64,000 nucleotides of DNA from Octopus vulgaris (Eukaryota), in assembly GCA_951406725.2 (NCBI GenBank), contig OX597814.1:30380001-30444000 (forward strand). Direction: 5' to 3'. A program made the translations under genes and the position numbers. This document shows positions 54,811-64,000 of this stretch, in pieces (position 1 is the stretch's first letter; each line of letters begins with the position of its first letter). Below the pieces are notes generated by a model. It did no database searches and had not been told where the DNA came from. It saw only the letters and a list, made by a program, of their open reading frames with translations.

Positions 54811-55195
54811 TGGAAGCACTCCGTCGGTTACGACGACGAGGGTTCCGGTTGATCCGATCAACGGAACAGCCTGCTCGTGAAATTAACGTGTAAGTGGCTG
54901 AGCACTCCACAGACACGTGTACTCTTAACGCAGTTCTCGGGGATATTCAGCGTGACACAGAGAGTGACAAGGCCGGCCCTTTGGAATACAAGTACAACAG
55001 AAACAGGAAGTAAGAGTGAGAGAAATTTGTGGTGAAAGAGTACAGCAGGGATCACCACCATCCCTGCCGGAGCCTCGTGGAGATTTAGGTGTTTTCGCTC
55101 AATAAACACTCACAATGCCCGGTCTGGGAATCGAAACCGCGATCCTACGACCGCGAGTCCGCTGCCCTAGCCACTGGGCCATTGCGCCACCACAA
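54811..55195 (-). mobile_element. SINE family C, full length
   Basis: TSD TGTTTAATTTAG at 54799-54810 and 55196-55207. Confidence 0.92.
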
Positions 55196-56938
55196 TGTTT
55201 AATTTAGATATATGTTGTGATTGAATTATTTGATATTATCCAACCACACCAAATTAATGGTAGGGATTTTTACCATGTTGCTGGTTGCACCATGGCTCAC
55301 CAAAAGGTACAAACTAGACCCCAAAACCATCAGTTACCAGGCTCACCTTAAGTAACCTAATTTTGCAATATTAGGAGGTCACAGGAATTCATTCAACGAA
55401 AAAAAGTTTCCAATGATTGGGAGACCACCCCCTCATTTTTTCTGAACTAAAACAAGGGATTTGCAGCATATTAGGAGGTCAGGGTACTTGATTCCACGCA
55501 AAGAATCAATTTAAAAAATTTTTTTCTTAATGAAAATCGTGCGAGTGTTAATATAGAAATTTACCATAATGTTGTCTTTATTTAACCTCAAGTCAACCCT
55601 GATACTGCAAACATATCATCAAAGACATTCCAGCCTTCAGCAAACCGTCTTTTTAGGGATAATCTAGGACATTGCGTACGATGGGCGTGTGATTTAGGTA
55701 GGGGGATACTTTGGCTGCTATTTTTAGCGTGTCGAGCAACCAGGTAGAGGCTCTTTCATTTGTTCGATTGTGTGATGAGATTTTTTTACGCATATATGTA
55801 ATATGTATATATATCATCGGCAGAAGTTAGAGGAGTAAGTCAAAAGCTAAGAGTTTCGTGTATTTGCGCTTATCAAACACGAATTTGTCCATTGTCACTC
55901 TGTAACTTCTGACGAAATAACTTCTAAAAAATGAATTTTGTGGAAAACGTTAAGAGTAAACCCTGTTCTATGTGACATATTCTGCCAGTGTCGGAAGTCT
56001 CAAAGTGTTTAGTAAAAAAAAAATTAAAAAAAAAGAATTAATTAATTAAATAATCTGTACCTCAAATTTGATAGATCCGAAATGGATAAAAGGAAAAGTC
56101 TACCTCGGCGAAATTTGAACACAAAGCGTAAAGACAGACGGAATGCCGCGACAACGTTTCTGCCAGCTCGCCGCCTTAGAATGTAAGCATTCATTTTAGA
56201 AATATATTCTTTATTGTTATTGCTTGGGACGTTACTTCTTACTTCCTCACTTACTGACATTACATTTTGTGACAGTTTACCTCATAACTCTTTTTCTACT
56301 AAATTTTGTTCAATGCTACTAACGTTTCTGAATTCCTCATGCATTTTTCTATCATTAAAGCCTAAGAAAAGTATACTTACATTTTAAAATTAAAAAAATT
56401 ATATTAATTGAAGATGAATATCTGCCTTACTGCCCACCTTGAGGTCTGGCATATTTTGCTGTACCTTTTTTTCAACTGAACCAAATCTCAAACTATTTAT
56501 ACCAAAGTGTAGCTGAAGAGGTGTCCTCTTTAAAACTATTAACAGTTTGCAATTTAGTCGAGAACTGAATTAATGGTGAAGTTTGGAAGCTGCTGCGATC
56601 GACGAACTGGTGGACTTAAGAATATATTCAATCACTGTCGTGGTTGAATGATATAAGTAGAGAGTAATGTAAAACATTACGTAGGATTTGTTATAAATAA
56701 TTAAGTTTATTTATGAATATATCAATGGCCAAACATGTTATCATAAAATATGAAGAAAAACATTTATAATTATGAACAAGTCACAATTACAACTAAGAGG
56801 GTTAAAAAGACACTTACATGTTTAAAATAGCAGTCAAAACCGCTACAAAGCCATTATATCACTCATGCATTTCTCCTTACGATAAAACTGTCTTCGAGCC
56901 ACATGACAAATAGAATCTACAACCTGAAAATAATTGGT

Positions 56939-57810
56939 GGATCTTTTCCTTTTGAACGGCATATGTCAACAAAATTTCTAGTTAACTAAACACTTTTAAA
57001 CTTCGTATACTGGTAGAATGTGTTTATAAAACATCATTTTTTCTTGGCTTTATTGAGAAAATTTTATAGTTTGTAACATATTTCTACTTTAAAATCGAGC
57101 ATTTCGGCAATTTTAACCAATCAAATACGTCCATTTGGAGTCAAAACATACGGTGCTGTATGAATATGTCCCTTGTTTAAGAAACAGATTGGGTTTATTT
57201 ACATTTGCGAAGAAAAAAAGATACCTTTCCCCCACCCCTACCCCAAACCCTAACCCTAACCATAACTCTAAACCTAACCCTAAAATAGATTGAAATGCAA
57301 AGATCGATACTAGGGTTATAATTATGGGTGACAATTTCATACGACACCGCTACAGAAAATGGGATTTTTTTCTAGCGGTGTCAAATGAAAATGTCACCCA
57401 TAATTATGGCCCTAGTATCGATCTATTGCATTTCAATCTATTTTAGGGTTACGTTTAGTTAGAGTTAGGGTTAGGGTTAGGGGTGGGGTTAGGGTTAGGG
57501 TCAGGGTTAGGGGTGGGGGGAAGGGTATCTTTTTTTCTTCGCAAATGTAAATAAAACCAATCTGTTTCTTAAACGAGGACATATTCATACAGCACGGTAT
57601 GTTTTGACTCCAAATGGACGTATTTGATTGGTTAAAATTGCCGAAATGCTCGATTTTAAAGTGGAAATATGTTACAAACTATAGAATTTTCTCAATAAAG
57701 CCAAGAAAATAATGATGTTTTATAAACACATTCTACCAGTATACGAAGTTTAAAAGTGTTTAGTTAACTAGAAATTGTGTTGAAAACTGCCGTTCAAAAG
57801 GAAAAGATCA
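56939..57810. mobile_element. 872-bp almost wholly palindromic DNA transposon (MITE) with internal TTAGGG repeats
   Basis: ~410-430 bp inverted arms starting GGATCTTTTCCTTTTGAACGGCA; 8-bp TSD TAATTGGT at 56931-56938 and 57811-57818. Confidence 0.92.
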
Positions 57811-58266
57811 TAATTGGTTAATTCCCTATTGCAATTTCGGTGTTAGGGACCACTTAAAGGACCCATTCGCATTGTCAGGGGAAATATTCCTATAGATAGA
57901 AATCAAAACAAGATTTCACATTGGGGCTAACATGAATCCCAACCGGCAATAAAAATGTTTTCACCTCTATCTACACAATCAAGTTTTGAATCCAAATGCC
58001 ATGCACAGCGTTTATGTGTAAAGACCGGTAAGCTCTAGCCACGGCAAAATCACCAGACACGAGTTAGGAAAATATAAATAAGTAGAGAGTAATGTAAAAA
58101 CATTACGAAGGATATATTATAAATAATTAAGATTATTTATGATATATATCAATGGCCAAACATGTTATCATAAAATATGAAGAAAAGAAACGTTTATAAT
58201 TATGAACAAGTCACAATTATAACTAAGAGGATTAAAAAACCCTTACATGTAAAAATATATATATAT

Positions 58267-58431
58267 AGGCGCAGGAGTGGCTGTGTGGTAAGTAGCTTGC
58301 TAACCAACCACATGGTTCCGGTTCAGTCCCACTGCGCGGCATCTTGGGCAAGTGTCTTCTGCTATAGCCCCGGGCCGACCAATGCCTTGTGAGTGGATTT
58401 GGTAGACGGAAACTGAAAGAAGCCTGTCGTA

Positions 58432-58508
<77 letters not shown>

Positions 58509-58735
58509 GTATGTGTGTGTGTGTGTGTCTGTGTTTGTCCCCCTAGCATTGCTTGACAGCCGATGCTGGTGTGTTTACATCCCCGTCACTTAGCGGTTCG
58601 GCAAAAGAGACCGATAGAATAAGTACTGGGCTTACAAAAAGAATAAGTCCCGGGGTCGATTTGCTCGACTAAAGGCGGTGCTCCAGCATGGCCGCAGTCA
58701 AATGACTGAAACAAGTAAAAAGAGTAAAAAGAGTA
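58267..58735 (+). mobile_element. SINE family A
   Basis: Full-length copy. Confidence 0.92.
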
Positions 58736-59003
58736 TAGTAAGATAAGGATTCAGATAGAATCAGTTACTTGAAAAAATACGCACCAGGTAGGGCTGGATA
58801 AATCTGTGATTCCGGCCTATGATTGATAAGTATCAAATAGGATAGTCCGGCTGTGTACACAGACAAAACCAACCCTATTTAGCGCCTAGGAGGGGATGGT
58901 CCAAACCACGCGTTACGTTGAATTGTACGTTGTTGGTATGCTCTAGTCTGTCCGACAAGTTGTAAATTCCCTTGGCGTATTATAATCAAATGAATAATAA
59001 CAT

Positions 59004-59170
59004 AGGCACAGGAATGGCTGTGTGGTAAGAAGCTTGCTTCCCAACCACATAGTTCCAGGTTCAGTCGCATTGCGTGGCACCTTGGGCAAGTGTCTTCTAC
59101 TATAGCCTCGGACCGACCAAAGTCTTGTGAGTCGATTTGGTAGATGGAAACTGAGAGAAGCCCGTCGTAT

Positions 59171-59214
<44 letters not shown>

Positions 59215-59418
59215 ATGTTTGTGTGTCTGTGTTTGTCCCACCACCGTCGCTTGAAAACCGATGTTGGTGTTTCCGTCCCCGTAACTTACCGGTTCGGCAA
59301 AAGAGACCGATAGGACAAGTACTGGGCTTACATAGAATAAGTTCTGGGGTCGATTTGTTTGACTGAAGACAGTGCTCCAGCATGGCTGCAGTCAAATGAC
59401 TGAAACAAGTAAAAAAAA
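59004..59418 (+). mobile_element. SINE family A
   Basis: Full-length, more diverged copy. Confidence 0.9.
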
Positions 59419-59618
59419 TACAATGGATAATTGTCAGCTCATTACAGCTGTTTCTGACGCATTTTTAAATAGAAGAATGAGAACATTACTTCATTACAAT
59501 GATTACGGTTTTTTAAAATGAAGTGATGTTCTCATCCTGTGTGTGTGTGTGTGAGTCTGTAAGTATGCGCGCGCGTGTATATATATTTTTGGTACATGGA
59601 AACTGATAGAAGCATGTC

Positions 59619-59653
<35 letters not shown>

Positions 59654-60304
59654 TGTTTGTGTGTCTGTCTTTGTCCCACTACCGTCGCTTGACTATATAT
59701 ATATATATATATATATATGGTGAGCGCTTATAAAGTGATACATACATCCACACACACACATATACATTATATATCACGTGATCACGTGACCGACCAGGCC
59801 ATCAGATGTTGCTACACATCGCTGGTCACAATGCGCTTCGCATTGTTTTATCCTTCAATGACGTCACCCCGCTGGCTAAGCGAGCAGGCCAACATTATAT
59901 ATACATATATATATATATCACCTCCACACCACACATTTCTCAACACGCCAACCTCTTCCGCCAAAAGATAAACCTACAACCCTCGAGAACTAATTTGATT
60001 TTATTCCCAGCCCACTCCCTATCAAGTCGTGTACTAGCCATTTATAAATTTATAAATATCTCGATATTCTAATCTTTTCTCTTTTTCTTACAATGAATAT
60101 ATCTGACGTAAGCTTTCTGAACTTTCACTTCTCTTCCGTATTGACGTACTTTCATTCACAAACGCTTTTTTCCCCTCCACTTCATACCTTTTACTATGCT
60201 TATGCAATCACCTATTTGTTTTTTTTTTTTTGTTATCCTAATCTATTTAGAAATAGTCTTTGAAAACTATCTACTGTTATATATTTCTCACCTATTTTGA
60301 GCTT

Positions 60305-60352
<48 letters not shown>

Positions 60353-60593
60353 AAACACATGCACGCACGCACGCACCACGCACACACACACACACATTAG
60401 CAAGCAGAAAAGCTAGCTCGCAACATCAAGTCTTCAAAAATTTCCTGAAGAAGAGTCTAAACACCAAAATATCGAATTACAAGGTATAAGTACATGTAAT
60501 TAACTGATTTCTTATAACACGCGTTGTTTTGGTTTTTCAAAATTATAAAACTTTTAAAATCTTTATCAGACACTGTTTCATGTAAACTATACA

Positions 60594-60675
<82 letters not shown>

Positions 60676-60850
60676 GTTTAAATATTTGTTGTGCAAGATT
60701 TTTTATGTGAAGTCGTGTGTTGAAACAGATATTGTTATATTTCGGAATGGTCATTTTGTCAGTTTAGCCAATAAAAACACACGCACTATATATTTGGTGT
60801 TACTTTGCTTCAGTGTTATTTATTTTTTACATTAATCTTAATCTTATTTC

Positions 60851-60895
60851 GGCCAGAGTTCTTTCGTCACACTCCTGTGACCGCATCAGTGGTCC
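60851..60895 (-). ncRNA. Hammerhead motif with core substitution
   Basis: ggacca CTGATGC g gtcaca-ggag-tgtgac GAAA gaac TC tggcc: 6-bp stem II, A9 changed to C. Confidence 0.55.
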
Positions 60896-62124
60896 TTTGT
60901 TTTCTTCTCACTTATTTGTGTCTCTCCTTACTAACCGTCAGCCATTTTGTATTTCTATTGTATGTCTTCATTTGCGCATGCTTATATCTCTATGTGCGTT
61001 TATGTTTATTTAGTGTGTGTATGTGGGGGATGCCTGTAATATTTGTATCTTCTGTTTATATATGTTCATGTAATTTGTATTTTGTATTTTGTTTTTGTTT
61101 TTGTTTTTGTTTATTCTTATTTTGTTCATGTGTTTACATCCACCCATTATTATCATTACATATGCTTGTATGTATGTATGTATGTATGTATGTATGTATG
61201 TATGTATGTATGTATGTATGTATGTATGTATGTATAACAACAATACTAGTAATAATAATAATAATATATATATATATAGTGTAATAAATAAAATATATGC
61301 ATACATACAAGCATATATGTATGTACCTACATCTACATGTATATATACATGCATATATAAATATATATACGTGAGTACAGGACACCACAAATAGACGTAG
61401 AACTCAACGAGAAACGAAAACGGAAAAGCCATTTTTTTTACAACAGAAAAACAAAGTTCAGGACATACTACACAAGGAAAAATCCCCAATCATCAGCTGT
61501 CGCTAGTTAGACTCAAGCGTGTTTCGAAGGCAAGACAGGACACGACTCGTCAAAACTAGGCCTTCCTGCGAGGGAATTAAAATAAAATTCCCTCGCAGAG
61601 TAAAAACAAGCAAGAAAAAATGTAACACAAACAGGACGTAACAATAAAACTGCACAATAAAATACAAGATAAAAATACATGTACAAGAAAATACAAAACG
61701 AGAAATAAAAAGAATATACAATACGAGAAATCAAAATAAACAAGAAAACAAACGAGAAAAACAAACGAAAAGGCCTTTTTTCTGGCTTAGACGGAGGATG
61801 TCCTAGCAGCGCATGGAAACATGACTTTACAGTTTGAAAGCAGCGTGCAAAAGGAAGTGGTTTAGGCTAGCAGTGACAAAGAGGAGGAAGAGTGAGAGAG
61901 AGAGAGAGATAGCGGAAGACACGCGGCTGAGAGAGAGCTGAGGAAGAGTGAGAGGGAGAGAGAGTGGGGAAGGTAAAGCAAAGGGAGAGAATTTCGCGTC
62001 ATAATTATATATAAAACAGTACTGGGAGGATAATAATTAAATAATAAGGGTAGAAATTGATATTAATCAATTAAACCAGTGGCTTAGCATATTTAAAAAA
62101 ATCTGAAGAATAAAAATTGTGTTA

Positions 62125-62462
62125 CATACAAAATTTAGAAGAATGACCACTAAAGTGGACACCCTATATGCTAAACATAGACGTCAAATCGCCATTACCT
62201 CGAAGAATGTGTTCTCAAGAAAAATCTCAGCAAAAAAACAAAATGTAAAAATAAGCAAGACAAATGAAAATATACGAAATATAAAACGATTACCTATGTA
62301 CCATTTGATTTCGTATATTTTCATTTTTCTTGCTTATTTTTACATTTTGGTTTGTTGCTGAGATTTTTCTCGAGAACACATTCTTCGTGGTAATGGCGAT
62401 TTTATGTCAATGTTTATCATATAGGGTGTCCACTTTAGAGGTCATTCCTCTAAATTTTGTAC
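62125..62462. repeat. Fold-back inverted repeat (~155 bp arms) abutting (TG)n
   Basis: TACAAAATTTAGA..AAAGTGGACACCCTATATG..ATACGAAAT / ATTTCGTAT..CATATAGGGTGTCCACTTT..TCTAAATTTTGTA. Confidence 0.9.
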
Positions 62463-62499
<37 letters not shown>

Positions 62500-63301
62500 C
62501 ATGTTTGAAATGCTGATTTTAAAGCCAAAACGATGCAAACTATTAAAAAGATAATTATAAGACAGGTCAGTGGTTCGTACTATTACTTGAAATTACAGTA
62601 TTTCGTGGTTAGGGTTCCTTCTTCGGGAAACTTACGGAGAAAAGGTATTGACAGCTGATTTCTCTTCTCTGTATGTATAAAATGGGGCCCTTATAAGAAC
62701 ACGATGAAATTACTTTCAATCAAGGAAAAACCCAAATTCAAAAAAGCCTGAATGGTACATTGTGTCAGCACAATCCTCTGTTTCCATATTTATCACTACT
62801 CACTTCGCCACCGGCACCACTACCATCAACACCGACAGCCTCTCCCCCATAACCACCATACACACTAACACTACATGACTTTCATAGATTACCATCATCA
62901 ACACCCACAAGTCCCACCATCACTATCTTTGTCCCTATATATACAACATCATCAACATCAACGTCACTGCACTTATAAAACCCCCTTTCCTCAAATATCC
63001 GGCTACTGGTATGGCTTTCTTCCATCTCTCTGTAAGTCTGTTTATCTGTCTTTCTACTCAGGTTCTCTGCGTAACTAGCCTAATCAAATACTACAAGCAA
63101 ACTCTGAGAAGCCCAAGGGCGAAACAGAATGTATTTTGTTGGACTCACAGTTATAGATTAAACGTGTGTGTGTATGTATGTGCGTGTGTAGGCATACATA
63201 CATGTACACGTATGTACGCATATATATAAATATATGCATTACATATATACATACCTACACATCTATCTATCTATCTTTCTATCTATCTATCTATCATCTA
63301 T

Positions 63302-63355
<54 letters not shown>

Positions 63356-63386
63356 GCCTGTCTGCCTGCCTGCCTACATGGCTATC

Positions 63387-63462
<76 letters not shown>

Positions 63463-64000
63463 CCCGTCTGTCTGTCTGTCTGTCTGTCTGTCTGTATGTC
63501 TATCTATCTATCTATCTATACATACATACATACATACATACATACATACATACATACATACATACATACAAAACTTTCCAGAAGCTTATCATTTAAATAT
63601 ATTAGCATGTCTAAGTATGCAATTATATGCATGAGAATACATACATACATAAAGCAAAACATACAAATCTGCACATATACATACATACACACATACATAC
63701 ATACATACATACATACATACATACATACATACATACATACATACATACATACATACAAAAATAGCCTGTTGTTGATGTTGAAATTCCAATGACGGAGCCT
63801 GGAATTTACGTGAAAAACCGGCTCTTTCTCTACTGGCAAGAAATCTGGAAATAAAACCGAACAATGACATACATTCATACATACATTAATACAAACAATT
63901 ATCAAATATATGCTGTCAATGAGGTTGAATGAAATTCATATTAGCAATGGTTAACACCTATCATCTTATGCACAATGACGTGGTTCTTTATGCGTCGCTC

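Noticed and set aside
56818-56923. Possible minus-strand exon (TTTTCAG acceptor, GTAAGT donor)
   Set aside because: Stops in all three frames and no partner exons; not supportable without RNA data
57235-57525. Telomere or chromosome-fusion site
   Set aside because: Repeats are short, degenerate and lie inside a TSD-flanked transposon

Overview
AT-rich eukaryotic DNA saturated with microsatellites and transposons. I can support no host protein-coding gene, rRNA, true tRNA or CRISPR array; almost every listed ORF is a microsatellite or SINE artefact. The repeat content resembles an octopus/coleoid cephalopod genome (inference). Contents: four tRNA-headed SINE families (called A-D here, many with clear target-site duplications, TSDs), decayed LINE fragments (Dong/R4-type in (TAA)n, RTE, CR1/L2-type), a dead piggyBac transposase, two mariner families, MITEs and Helitron-like ends. 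The most interesting signal is a dispersed set of short elements, several folded back on themselves and mostly beside (TA)n or other simple repeats, that carry type I hammerhead ribozyme motifs. The best are at 8309-8355, 11906-11958 (mirror copy 11958-12004), 12179-12230, 27247-27287 and 60851-60895, with several more decayed copies. They look like non-coding Penelope-like, retrozyme-like elements. Other notable items are a five-unit SINE multimer inside one TSD and several locally templated insertions. Coordinates were read by eye and element ends may be off by a few bases.
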